From an uncultured Spirochaetota bacterium (GTDB lineage: Bacteria; Spirochaetota; Brevinematia; Brevinematales; JAOACQ01): DNA of 64,000 bases. The notes beneath the pieces are model-generated. The model was given only the letters and a program-made list of their open reading frames with translations. It was not told the origin of the DNA and did not search any database. The position numbers and the translations under genes were made by a program. Positions within the stretch are counted from its first letter, which is position 1. Each line of letters opens with the position of its first letter. Positions 41,260 to 51,447 of the stretch are shown here, piece after piece. Location: NCBI GenBank assembly GCA_963835575.1, contig CAWIGG010000002.1:1920001-1984000 (forward strand), read 5' to 3'.

Positions 41260-41459
41260 TAATAGAGCTGTATATAATATTTCTACAGCTGACCGGTGAT
41301 TTATATTTAATTTTTAAGACAATCCAAAAACAAGGGTTTTTGGGACTGCCTTAATCTTTTTATACTTGCAATAAAAAACAGTTTTAGATATTATTTATTA
41401 TGACATAAAAATATATCTCAAAATCAAAAAGGAATTCAGTAAGGGGTTGGTGTAAACAG

Positions 41460-43829
41460 TTGAAAAAGAGATTGACTTTCGGGGTTGTTATTGACTGGGT
41501 CTATTCAAGCTATCACCGAAGTATTCTGTCAGGGATTCTTAATTTTGCAGAGGCCAATGATGTTAATATCCTCAGCTTTGTTACAGGCCGATTAAATCCT
41601 CCTGACCAGTGGGAAGCCAACAAAAATGTGCTGTTTGATCTGGTCAGTAAAAAGAATGTCGACGGGCTTATTATTTTAACTGGAACCATTCAAAATATCG
41701 TAGGAGATAAGGAATTCTTAAAATTCATCAAACGTTATGGAACGATTCCCATCGTCAGCATCGCGGACAAGCTTGGAAATAATACCAGTATTTTAATTGA
41801 TAATACCAGAGGGCTCAAAGACCTTTTCGATCATCTCTTTGAAAAGCATAATTATAAAAAGATCGCTTTTGTGACCGGCCCGAAAGAAAACCCCGAATCC
41901 AATTCCCGCCTCAAAACCTATATTCAGTTTTTGAAATCAAAAAATATTCCGGAAAGACCGGAACTCATTGTTGAAGGCAGTTTTACAGGTATTTCAGGCC
42001 GCAACGCCGTTACAATCCTGCTGGATGAAAGGCATACCGAATTTGACGCGATTGTCGCCGCGAATGACGATATGGCGCTCGGCGTCATTGAGGAATTAGC
42101 CTCAAGAGGCATCCAGGTACCTGGAGATATGTTTGTCGCCGGTTTCGATGATATAGAAAACAGCCGGAAAGCATCTCTGACAACCGTCAGGCAGCCTATT
42201 TATGAACAGGGCAAAGCGGCGGCGCAGGCTTTATTCAATATTCTTCATAAAAAAAATCAAAACGCGGTTATTTCTCTGTCGACAGAGCTGATTATCAGGG
42301 AAAGCTGCGGATGCAGGCCCTCAAATATAATGGAAGCCACAATATGCATGGAGAAAAAAAGTAAAAAACCTTTTACCGAATATTTTACAATGCATCAGGA
42401 CGAAATTGTAAAGGACATTACTGATTCATTATCGGGGAATCATTTTTCCAGCAGTAAATTTCAGGTCCGCGAATGGTCGCAGAAGATAGTATCCGCTCTA
42501 TTAAATTCCTATACATCCCGGAATCCCGAAATATTTCTCTCCACATGGAACAAGATGATCTTCTGGGCCATAGCTGACGGATTTAATTTGACTCTCCTCC
42601 ATAAGATGGTATCCCGCCTGCGTAAAAACGCGATCTGCTGTCAGAATACTGGCAACAGCGGCGTATTTCTGGAAGATGTTTTCCATCAGGTCAGGATTAT
42701 GATAGAAGAAGCCAACCATAAAATTTTAGCTCGCCAGGATATCGGTTCGGAAATCCAGCTGGCGAAACTGAACGCCGTCAGTGGAAAACTGGCGGACGCG
42801 AACTCCCTTGATGATCTGCTGAATATCATCTGCAAAGTATTAAAGGACCTGGGAATAAAATCATGTTTTCTCTCTCTTTATGAAAACCCTCAAAAGCCCC
42901 TCGGTTACGCCAGACTCATTCTGGCCTATGATGAAAACAGGAGTGTTGAATTAAATAAGAAAGAGATTTATTTTTCCTCGCAGGATTTAATCCCGAAAGA
43001 ACTCTACCCTTATGCCCGCCGCCACAGCATGGTCATACAGGCGCTCTATCAGAGAAATGAACAGCTCGGATTCATTCTGATGGACCTGCAGGACGCCATT
43101 CAGAATGTCGTTACATATGATGAAATCTGCCTGAAAATAAGCTCCACCCTCCGTCTCATTATTCTGATTGAAAAAATAACCCATCAGTCCCGTCATCTGG
43201 AAGAACAGGTTGTGGAAAGAACGCAGGATCTGACCAGCGCGAATATCCAGTTGAAGAATGAAATAAAAGAAAGAAGGACCGCTGAAAAGAAGTTAAAGCA
43301 GGCATTGGATAAACTGGGAAAATATAATATAATCCTCCAGGACCTTTCGCTCAAGGACGATCTGACAAACCTCTATAATAGAAGAGGGTTTCTTACTCTC
43401 GGCGAACAGCAGCTTAAATATGCGCGGAGGGCCGATAAGAACTTTGCCATTTTTTTCATCGACATGGACAGGCTCAAGCATATCAATGATAATTACGGCC
43501 GTCAGGAAGGCGATTCTGCCATAAAAAAGGTAGCCAAACTCCTGATAAGCTCGTTTCGCGCGGCTGATGTCATTGCGCGCATCGGCGGCGACGAGTTCAC
43601 TGTCCTGGTCTTTGATACTAATAAAAATGATATGGATACGCTTATAAAAAGAATTCATGTCGCCTTCGAAAATTATAACGCGGTTTCAAAAAAATCCTAT
43701 CATCTGTCAATCAGCATCGGGGTCAACTTTGTCGATATGAACAATAAATCCACATTTGAGGAAATGATAAGCTATGCGGATAAAAAACTTTATGAGGAAA
43801 AACAGCGGAAGAAGAAGCTGATAAAATAA
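41460..43829 (+). CDS. Diguanylate cyclase with N-terminal LacI/GalR-type ligand-binding domain
   Basis: IDNTRG, ANDDMA, AGFDD, LTTVRQP, IIRESCGC; D.LT.LYNRRGF, RAAD I-site, GGDEF; TTG start. Confidence 0.92.
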   Translation: MKKRLTFGVVIDWVYSSYHRSILSGILNFAEANDVNILSFVTGRLNPPDQWEANKNVLFDLVSKKNVDGLIILTGTIQNIVGDKEFLKFIKRYGTIPIVSIADKLGNNTSILIDNTRGLKDLFDHLFEKHNYKKIAFVTGPKENPESNSRLKTYIQFLKSKNIPERPELIVEGSFTGISGRNAVTILLDERHTEFDAIVAANDDMALGVIEELASRGIQVPGDMFVAGFDDIENSRKASLTTVRQPIYEQGKAAAQALFNILHKKNQNAVISLSTELIIRESCGCRPSNIMEATICMEKKSKKPFTEYFTMHQDEIVKDITDSLSGNHFSSSKFQVREWSQKIVSALLNSYTSRNPEIFLSTWNKMIFWAIADGFNLTLLHKMVSRLRKNAICCQNTGNSGVFLEDVFHQVRIMIEEANHKILARQDIGSEIQLAKLNAVSGKLADANSLDDLLNIICKVLKDLGIKSCFLSLYENPQKPLGYARLILAYDENRSVELNKKEIYFSSQDLIPKELYPYARRHSMVIQALYQRNEQLGFILMDLQDAIQNVVTYDEICLKISSTLRLIILIEKITHQSRHLEEQVVERTQDLTSANIQLKNEIKERRTAEKKLKQALDKLGKYNIILQDLSLKDDLTNLYNRRGFLTLGEQQLKYARRADKNFAIFFIDMDRLKHINDNYGRQEGDSAIKKVAKLLISSFRAADVIARIGGDEFTVLVFDTNKNDMDTLIKRIHVAFENYNAVSKKSYHLSISIGVNFVDMNNKSTFEEMISYADKKLYEEKQRKKKLIK

Positions 43830-43889
43830 TATTCGGTTTTTCAAACCCGGTGTGAATTAAAATAATACCAACAAAAACCAAAAGGGAAC

Positions 43890-44065
43890 GGGTAATCCGC
43901 TAATACACGCGAATTAACGCGAATGGAAAACGGAAACAGAAAACCATGAAAACAAATAGCAATCGATAAACTTTAATGAAAATAAACTGGAATAGGAAAA
44001 ATTTTCTCGAATAAAATATAAATCCAAACTTCTTATTAGTGTGACTTCGCGTGGCTTAGCGGAAG
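43890..44065 (+). repeat. Family B element
   Basis: GGGTAATCCGCTAATACACGCGAATTAACGCGAA ... TTAGTGTGACTTCGCGTGGCTTAGCGGAAG. Confidence 0.88.
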
Positions 44066-44168
44066 GTTGATTATTCTTTTCTCCTCTCTGAGCGGTGTCA
44101 AGGGAGAGGTATCACTTTGAGTTTTCGTAACATCCCGTGAAATTTAAAATTAAAATGTGAAAGAAACG

Positions 44169-44729
44169 TTAATTTTTTATCAGCAAAACAGACCTCGAGC
44201 CCGGTATTTCCGGAACGCCGTTTTTTTCAAATCCCGCCGATATGGCGCTTTCCGTTGATTTCAAAAGCTCTTCCACTGTCACGCGTTTTTCCGGCTCAGC
44301 AATGAGGAGCTTCCCGCCCTTTTTCATAGAATCAAAAATCTGTGTAAAGAGCCCTTTCTTGTCCGGCACTTCATGCACAACGGCAAAGGCCAGCGCAAAA
44401 TCGATCTTTCCCTTCAGATGCCCGATAGCGAGGGAGTTTTCGGTGCATTTAATCGTTTCAACAATCCGGCCGAGTCTGGCCTTTTTAATTTTCTTAATCA
44501 ATGACGACAGCATTTTTTCCTGCAGTTCCGGAGCATAAACGCGCCCCGTGTTCCCGGTCATTTTAGCGAGCGGCAGGGTAAAGAACCCCATTCCAGGCCC
44601 GATCTCCAGAATATTAATTCCCTTCTCCACATATCCGGAAAGGATTTTTTCCGGGTTCTGCGTCAGCCGTCTCAGAGGACTTGCCAGAAGATATCCCATA
44701 TACCATGGGCAGACATGATGATGGTTCAT
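44169..44729 (-). CDS. Class I SAM-dependent methyltransferase
   Basis: HVCPW...LASPLR, LEIGPGMGFFT, VVHEVPD, LLIAEP. Confidence 0.9.
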   Translation of the reverse strand: MNHHHVCPWYMGYLLASPLRRLTQNPEKILSGYVEKGINILEIGPGMGFFTLPLAKMTGNTGRVYAPELQEKMLSSLIKKIKKARLGRIVETIKCTENSLAIGHLKGKIDFALAFAVVHEVPDKKGLFTQIFDSMKKGGKLLIAEPEKRVTVEELLKSTESAISAGFEKNGVPEIPGSRSVLLIKN

Positions 44730-44809
44730 AAATATATTCTCCTTTTTTTATTTATGACGAACTGAATTAAACTTTATTTCATAAAATAAAACCGGTTTAT
44801 GATTGTTAT

Positions 44810-44868
44810 GGGCAGTTCCAAAAACTAAAAATTTATCAAATATTTCCACAACAGGTTTTAAAACCTCC
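44810..44868. mobile_element. Family A MITE with decayed right end
   Basis: GGGCAGTTCCAAAAACTAAAAATTTATCAAATATTTCCACAACAGG..., flanked by TTAT/TTAT. Confidence 0.75.
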
Positions 44869-45162
44869 TTATTGTTAATTAATGGAAATCCCCACTGCCG
44901 AAAGTCCGGGCAAAGTCAGGTGAAAGCAGTTTGTCCCGTCAATAACAGCGGTCAGGGGCACAGGTCCGTTTCCCGCCGAGTAATCAGGGACGCTGATCAT
45001 TAAAGCCGAAATATTTGTCAGATCGATATAGCTCTGAAGGGTTATATTCAATACCCGGTTTGCATTGACTTTGTTTACAAAAATAATGCCCAGATGATCA
45101 TTTATTCCGCTTGATGCGTAGACTGCCAGCTGGGATGAACCCGCTGGCGAATTGACATTTAA

Positions 45163-46738
45163 CCTAAATTCCCAGAGTTCCGCGATTTCCGCTTGAAATC
45201 AGCCTTGCGCGGCACTGCTTGGCATCGGTTTATCATCCCAGTCTCGCGGCTGCTGCAATTACAAGCCTTGGCGATGCCTGAATACTCGTAAATCCACAAA
45301 TTCCGCTGCTCCGGGCGCAACACACCCTTGTGGCGGCCTTCACATCATCCGGTTGGGAACTCGCTATATCTGCAGCTCACATAAGTGGCAGTAAAATTTC
45401 CGCCACCGGTCCTTATCCGCAAAATAACGGCTCAACACCAGTTTTACCTGATGGCCCTGTCTCACGATTTTCCCCGCAACCCGAATAAACCACGCCCGGA
45501 ATGTTTCCGGTTCTTCCCGGTGACTTTTCCGGTCAACCAGATACCGCATCCAGATTCCAACGTTATACGCCAGCACGCTGCAGCTCCACAGAAAATCATT
45601 CACCCAGAAATCTTGCGTCAGAAGCATCCCGGCGAACATCTGCTGCTTCACGGCTTCGATCCAGTTTTCACACGTACCCCGGTCACCGTAAAATTTATGG
45701 CCCTGCCAAGGTTTCAAACGCATATTCGTACAATAGCAAAAATAGTCATAAACCGCTTTCGGGAATACCAGCCCTTCCGTTTCTATCCGGATCAGCTTTC
45801 TGACAGCTATGAACCGCCTCGCATGTTTCCATCCATGCGCCCGGTACTCAAATTCCGCCTGTTCCCAGCCGCTTCGATCCGGAACCGCTGTCCAACCCCT
45901 GTTTTCCAGAAACGCCGCGAGGTTTTTCATTTTGGCTTTGACCAGAAAAAAAGCCCCTTTCATTTCTTCGATGACATCGAAAATCCTTCCGTCGAAAAAT
46001 CCGCTGTCCATCCGGAACACAAGTTTTTTCCAGCCGGTATGGAGTATTCCGTAAATGTGCCGGATAAATTCAGGCGCGTTATTCGCTGTGTAAGCGTCGC
46101 CCGGCCTGAAATAGGAGAGAATACATTCCCTTGTGCTGTTCAGGAATGCCAGAAGCGGATGATAGCTCTTCGCTCCCTTTTTATGCGGATTGTAGCCTGC
46201 CGCCGCTCCTTCCTGGCTTCCGTAAACCGTCTTGACGGTCGAATCGCAGTCCACGATTTTCGTTTTTACCCGGAACTTCGCGTGGACTTTGCGGGAAAGC
46301 TTTCCGTTCAACTCATTCATCGCGTAAGATTCTTTCATACCAACGTTTTCAATCCGCTTGATGATCGTAGAATCACTGATCGGCCCTTTCAAGCCCAGAG
46401 CTGCCCGGAACAATGGATCTTCAGTAAAATTCTCGACCTTCTTGATCCGGTTATACCCTGCCATCAGCGCGCACACGATTCCCGTAATAATTTGCTCGAA
46501 CGAGAATTTCTGGTTACAATATTCCCGCGCTGGAATAAATTTTTTGAGCAACTGATTGAACCCAATCTTTTTCAAAAATACCAGCACGGGATAAATCCCG
46601 CTCACGCTGCTCAAATCCTGCGCCGTAAAACCAACTTTGATATTTTTCACCATTTGGGTGCTCCTTCTGTTGTTTTGTATCGCAATATATTATAACAGAT
46701 TGGGGCCCCATTTGGTACTTTTACTTTGGGAATTTAGG
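45163..46738 (-). mobile_element. IS1380-family insertion sequence, 1576 bp
   Basis: TIRs CCTAAATTCCCA(G/A)AGT; 5-bp TSD TTTAA at 45158-45162 and 46739-46743. Confidence 0.93.
45364..46653 (-). CDS. IS1380-family DDE transposase
   Basis: DCDSTVKTVYG.QEGA..GYNP.K.G..SYHPL, RMDSGF, Y..RG.CEN.I. Confidence 0.93.
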   Translation of the reverse strand: MVKNIKVGFTAQDLSSVSGIYPVLVFLKKIGFNQLLKKFIPAREYCNQKFSFEQIITGIVCALMAGYNRIKKVENFTEDPLFRAALGLKGPISDSTIIKRIENVGMKESYAMNELNGKLSRKVHAKFRVKTKIVDCDSTVKTVYGSQEGAAAGYNPHKKGAKSYHPLLAFLNSTRECILSYFRPGDAYTANNAPEFIRHIYGILHTGWKKLVFRMDSGFFDGRIFDVIEEMKGAFFLVKAKMKNLAAFLENRGWTAVPDRSGWEQAEFEYRAHGWKHARRFIAVRKLIRIETEGLVFPKAVYDYFCYCTNMRLKPWQGHKFYGDRGTCENWIEAVKQQMFAGMLLTQDFWVNDFLWSCSVLAYNVGIWMRYLVDRKSHREEPETFRAWFIRVAGKIVRQGHQVKLVLSRYFADKDRWRKFYCHLCELQI

Positions 46739-47922
46739 TTTAATATATTGATGTTATTCGTGTTTGTATTGCTTCCTCCGGTAAAAATCTTATTGACAAA
46801 ATAAGACATCCAGTAGTTTTTTGTCCGGGTTGAAGATGTGTCTTCAATCATTGTATGCGGATCGCCGGCCGTATGCATGGTAATCCAGATATCCGCCAGG
46901 TCTGTATATTTAAAGATTTCACAAATAAACTGCACCAGCCATAAGGCGTTCTCTATCGTAAACTGATCCCTTGTTGTTCCGCTCCAGATGGAAGCGTTAT
47001 ATTCCGTCACGGCGATTTTAACGCTTGCACCTCCATAGCTGTTGAGTTTATTCCTGATATATTGGATCTGGGCGGCCAGGTTCTGCGGATTATTCAGATC
47101 TATCATATTGGTATTGTCATTGGCTATATAGCCCCCGTAATAATGATAATCAAAATAATCCAGCAGGTTCAATTTTCCCTTGGAATTGAGCTGGCTGATA
47201 AAACCATCTATCCAGGCAGTATTATATCCTGAAACGACCGGCCCCATCATTTTAATTGACGGGTCCTGCGATTTCATGGCGGCAGCCAGTTCAATAAAGT
47301 TTGACACGTAATCCGGTATGCTCAGCATCGGGTTCCATGAACCGTCGTTCTCGTTGCCGACCTCATAATATCCGCCGGGCAGGCCGTTTGTAGCCATAAA
47401 TTTTACAAGCTCAATCGCCTCGTTTGTATAATTATGGTTTGTGCCGTTGATTGTATGAGAAAAAGGATTGACGGAATAAAGCGGCGCGCAGCCGATCTCT
47501 TTGATAAAATTAACATACTGGCTGATGCTTGTTCCCCAGCTCCAGTCGTCCCAATTATGAGTCGAGGTGTTTGAGAGTTTATCAGTCTGCCAGCAGTAGG
47601 AATTTGCGATATTCCCGCCGGGGAACCGCATGATTTTCGGACCTGTTTCAGCGAAATAATTCGAGACCTGGCCGGTCAGCAAGCCTCCGCCGACCCAGGC
47701 GCCCATGTTGCCTCCCATAATAATTCCCGGCGTTACAGTTCTCATAACATTGGACACATTGATTGTCATATTATTTGTCGCTTCTGAAGAGTTGCCGTTT
47801 TGTCCATTGCCTGAATTCTGAATATTACAGCCGGTTAATAAAAACAGGAAATATAAAAAGAATACTGATAAGATTTTAATATGTCTCATGTCCATACCAC
47901 CTTTTCATGTCATCTGATTAAA

Positions 47923-47982
47923 GGGCAGTTCCAAAACCTGCGGCGAGTTTATCGAACCAATTTTAAGGCTTTGGAACTGCCC
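47923..47982. mobile_element. 60-bp family A MITE with divergent interior
   Basis: GGGCAGTTCCAAA...TTTGGAACTGCCC flanked by TAAA/TAAA. Confidence 0.85.
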
Positions 47983-48057
47983 TAAATATTATGTTATAAT
48001 TTATGGAAAGTCAAACATATTATTCCGGGTAAATGATTTTATAAAGAAATAAATTTC

Positions 48058-50415
48058 CTACCACTTCATCCACAGTCCCAGCAGGGGATAGATGCCGATC
48101 GGGAAAACGACGGCTTCTTTTGTCTTGTAATTATCTTTATAATTATAAGACAGGGCCGGCCGGTAATTATAAACATTATTAACCTGCAGGAACGCTCCCG
48201 CAGGCAGGCCGCAGAAATCCCAGAAGAATTCTATTTTCAGGTTTAAAGAATGCTGGTCCGGCATCTTTTCAGAATTATATTCCCCGAAAACCGGCAGAAT
48301 GTTTGTCACAGCCGGGTTCATCGGATCAACCGCTTCTTTTGTGCCTATTACCGGAGTATAATAACTGCCGCTGGAATATTGAAATTCAGATGTCAGCGAC
48401 CAGTTTTTTGAGATGTCCCAGACTGCTGTGATATCCAGCTTGTAATCCTGCGATCCGTCGTTATACCAGACTTTGACCGGAGGTAGGCCGTACTGGCCGG
48501 CAACTGTAATTGAAGACCCTCCTGCAATGCTGCCCGGGTTCAGGCTGTAAAGGGCATTAGGGTCCGGCGGGTTATCCAGGTATGCCTGGGCGAAATAACT
48601 CCCGAAGCTGATCCAGCCGTATACAGGGATTGAGTCTTTCTTTTTCATCAATAAAACCTCGAATCCGTAAACATGCCTCTGAAAACCTTCCGTCTGATAC
48701 AGTAAAGCGCTGTTTGTGCCTTCCGTGGGATAATGCTCATATTGCTTGTAATAAGCCTCAACAGTGACATCAAAGGAATTCATAAAACCCCATTCCGTTC
48801 CGGCAACATAATGCCAGCAGCCCGGAATGGACAAATCAGAATTGGTATCAAGAAAACTCAATGTCCATGCATCATCCGGGAATTGTGAAAGATAACCCGC
48901 CGCTACATAAATCTTGTCCCTGTCTGAAAAGCGGTACCCTATGGTCAATCTCGGGTCTATGGAATACTTTTTTATAAAATCAGAGTAATTCATCCTGATG
49001 CCGTCCTCTATATAAGCTTTATTATCAAAAAATTCCGTTTCATTCTGCAGGAAGACGGCATACATACCCATCTGCCCGTTATAACTGTTTGAGCTGAATG
49101 TCTTCCATTCCGGCTGAAGGGTCAGCTGGTTGGTAAAACTTCCTCCTAATGAATTGGTAAAATATATTTTAGGATAGTAAATAACCTCGGCGCCTGCCTT
49201 GAACTGAAGCCATTCAAAGGGCTCATAACCAAGCGCCGTCTTATATCGAAGGTTCTGAGATTCGCTCATTTTATAAGCATCGGCGTCCGGCTCCAGGATT
49301 TCCATCAACTGGTATGACCAGCTCCAGCCGAAAGCCTGCTGTAAATACAATGCCCGGTCAAAATTATGCTTCCAATCCATGTTCAATACGGCACCGGTGA
49401 AATTGATCTCACCATAGTTGGTCGGTTTGGAATTCGGGTTAAGCAGTCCGTTATTTGAGTAAAAACCGGGTTCGGAAGAATATTGCCAGTCAAATGAGAC
49501 TATATCTCCTCCTTCCTTATATTGAATCCTGCCGTGGGAATCCAGATAATAAGGTATCTGCTGGGACGGATCGTTTGTATGCATAAAGAGTTTGAAAATC
49601 AGATCATATTGCGTCCTCCTTATCCCGCCGGCCCAGTTCCATTTCTGGTCCGCCGAAGCGCCTGAAAGCGTCAGATAGGTATTGAGTAACCCGATGTTTA
49701 TTTTGCCATGCAGCCCGGGAGTGCCTTCTTCGGTTTTTACATCCAGCATACTTGACATGGCCTGGCCGTATTCAGCCGGGATCACTCCTTTATATAGTGT
49801 AATAGACTGGACAATATCGTCAATGAAAACCGAATCTCCGGTAAAACGGTGGTAAGGATTCGGTATAACAGCCTCATCCAGAAAGGCAAGGTTCTCATTC
49901 CCGCTTCCGCCCCTGACTGAAAGTTTTGTGTTATTCTGAAAATTTCCCATTCCCAGGTCCTGTACGCCCGGCATTTTGGTCAGAGGGCCCACAGCGTCCC
50001 CAGTAATGGAAGCAGAAGCTTTTTCCCGGATCGATTTATCGAGGGTATTCTTGGATGCCGTGTCTTTTTCCTTTTCCCCTATGACATCCACTTCCCCCAG
50101 CGACAGTGAACTTTGAGGCGTCATATAAACATTAAGCGAGATATTTCCTTTGACTGACAATACCTTTTTCTCACCGTAAAAACCCGGAAGGCGGAATTCG
50201 GCCGTATAATCACCGCCATCGATATTACTCAATATATAATTTCCATTCTCTTCCGACTGTGTTCTCGAAATCTCATTTGTCCCGCTTACAAGGATAACCA
50301 TAACAGAAGCCAGCGGTTCCCTTGTATCGCTTCTATAAAGAGCCCCTCTCATTTCAAAAGCCCCGGCCAGTACAGGAATTGTCAATAGCATCAAAATCCT
50401 GAAAAACAACTTCAT
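48058..50415 (-). CDS. TonB-dependent receptor, paralog of 1912-4233
   Basis: Same architecture and many identical blocks (LSLGEVDV.GE..KDTASKN, PYYLDSHGR, QVNNVYNYRP, PIGIYP.LG.WMKW). Confidence 0.87.
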   Translation of the reverse strand: MKLFFRILMLLTIPVLAGAFEMRGALYRSDTREPLASVMVILVSGTNEISRTQSEENGNYILSNIDGGDYTAEFRLPGFYGEKKVLSVKGNISLNVYMTPQSSLSLGEVDVIGEKEKDTASKNTLDKSIREKASASITGDAVGPLTKMPGVQDLGMGNFQNNTKLSVRGGSGNENLAFLDEAVIPNPYHRFTGDSVFIDDIVQSITLYKGVIPAEYGQAMSSMLDVKTEEGTPGLHGKINIGLLNTYLTLSGASADQKWNWAGGIRRTQYDLIFKLFMHTNDPSQQIPYYLDSHGRIQYKEGGDIVSFDWQYSSEPGFYSNNGLLNPNSKPTNYGEINFTGAVLNMDWKHNFDRALYLQQAFGWSWSYQLMEILEPDADAYKMSESQNLRYKTALGYEPFEWLQFKAGAEVIYYPKIYFTNSLGGSFTNQLTLQPEWKTFSSNSYNGQMGMYAVFLQNETEFFDNKAYIEDGIRMNYSDFIKKYSIDPRLTIGYRFSDRDKIYVAAGYLSQFPDDAWTLSFLDTNSDLSIPGCWHYVAGTEWGFMNSFDVTVEAYYKQYEHYPTEGTNSALLYQTEGFQRHVYGFEVLLMKKKDSIPVYGWISFGSYFAQAYLDNPPDPNALYSLNPGSIAGGSSITVAGQYGLPPVKVWYNDGSQDYKLDITAVWDISKNWSLTSEFQYSSGSYYTPVIGTKEAVDPMNPAVTNILPVFGEYNSEKMPDQHSLNLKIEFFWDFCGLPAGAFLQVNNVYNYRPALSYNYKDNYKTKEAVVFPIGIYPLLGLWMKW

Positions 50416-50661
50416 TTCCCCCTCAATCCTTTATTTTGATTATATAAGTTAGTTTTTGTCCAATCTAATGCAATTTATATGCCATAAAATATTTCCAGCC
50501 AATTATGAATTAAGCTGAAACCCGGGCTTTGGAACCATTGTAAATTTGATGAAAAGCATAAATGGAAATGAACGGAATAATAAAAAGTGAAATGAACTGG
50601 ATGGTATTGATTCAATTATGATATATTAAAATAGATATGGGACGGTTTTAAAAACTAAATA

Positions 50662-50948
50662 GGGCTTACTGAAAATTTCTTAATTAATTGTTATGAAATA
50701 AATTGGATCAAATAATTAGATTAAAAAGTGCAAGGATTTCAAATAAAACCACTAAAACTCTTGCAATTTAGTATTATTTTTTCACACAAAGTCCACAGAG
50801 CGATACACTGTTCCTCGATGTTGCTCGGGAACAAAGCGATAGCCGAAGTGTTCACGGAGTTTTAAGCTTGATAAAATCCATATCTTCTTTTAATATTTAA
50901 AGATAGCTCTGTGTGAAATTTTAACTTTTTGAGTTTTTCAGCAAGCCC
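50662..50948. repeat. Nested palindromic element
   Basis: Outer IR GGGCTTACTGAAAA/TTTTCAGCAAGCCC (same right end as ~31381-31394); inner IR TTTCACACA/TGTGTGAAA. Confidence 0.65.
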
Positions 50949-50985
50949 TTTTTAATCAAGATTTTTGTAAGTAACCTCAAAGATA

Positions 50986-51399
50986 TTAAGGTTTATTCTG
51001 CATCATCATTTGATATATGAACAAAACTATAAATAAAATCAAACCGAGCAGTTGCAGGCCCTGGGATAGAATATTGGCCCTCATATAATCTTGAGGCAGA
51101 TCGAGCTTTTTCATGATTCTATAGCTGAAAATAATAAGAACAAGGATATAAATGAATAAAAAACCGAAATAGATGAATGTGATATTCAAGCCGATATTCG
51201 GTATAACCCTCGTTAAAACAAAATAAAGCGCGATCATCCCGATTAGAATTCCCAGGTTCCAGAACCTTAATCCGGACATTCTTTCCATAAGGCCGGCTTT
51301 CTGATGATCGTCCAGTTTCTTAAGCGCTTTTTCATTAATGCCGCGGGAAATAAACATAAAAACAAGCAGCCCGATAATGCCTGCGAAAGTCATATTCAT
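50986..51399 (-). CDS. Small integral membrane protein, unknown function
   Basis: Four hydrophobic segments; GGAG RBS. Confidence 0.75.
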   Translation of the reverse strand: MNMTFAGIIGLLVFMFISRGINEKALKKLDDHQKAGLMERMSGLRFWNLGILIGMIALYFVLTRVIPNIGLNITFIYFGFLFIYILVLIIFSYRIMKKLDLPQDYMRANILSQGLQLLGLILFIVLFIYQMMMQNKP

Positions 51400-51447
51400 A
51401 GTTAACTCCAGATTTAAATTTATTCCAATACTTTTTTAAGGAATTGG

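Larger units (their letters stand above)
44875..47895 (-). pseudogene. Lipoprotein glycoside hydrolase (clan GH-A, GH51/GH79-like) interrupted by the IS1380-family element
   Basis: LTGC lipobox, RFPGG, EVGNE, VTEYN. Removing the IS and one TSD fuses ...NINILN in frame to VNSPAGSSQLAVYAS...LPGLSAVGISIN-stop (44875). Confidence 0.88.

Noticed and set aside
45385..46695. 436-aa ORF antisense to the IS1380 transposase
   Set aside because: It lies codon-for-codon opposite the transposase and has no recognisable motifs; best explained as a shadow ORF from codon usage.
50416..50660. Cobalamin or other riboswitch upstream of the TonB-dependent receptor
   Set aside because: The region is AT-rich and I could not find the conserved riboswitch motifs by eye; an Infernal/Rfam scan would be decisive.
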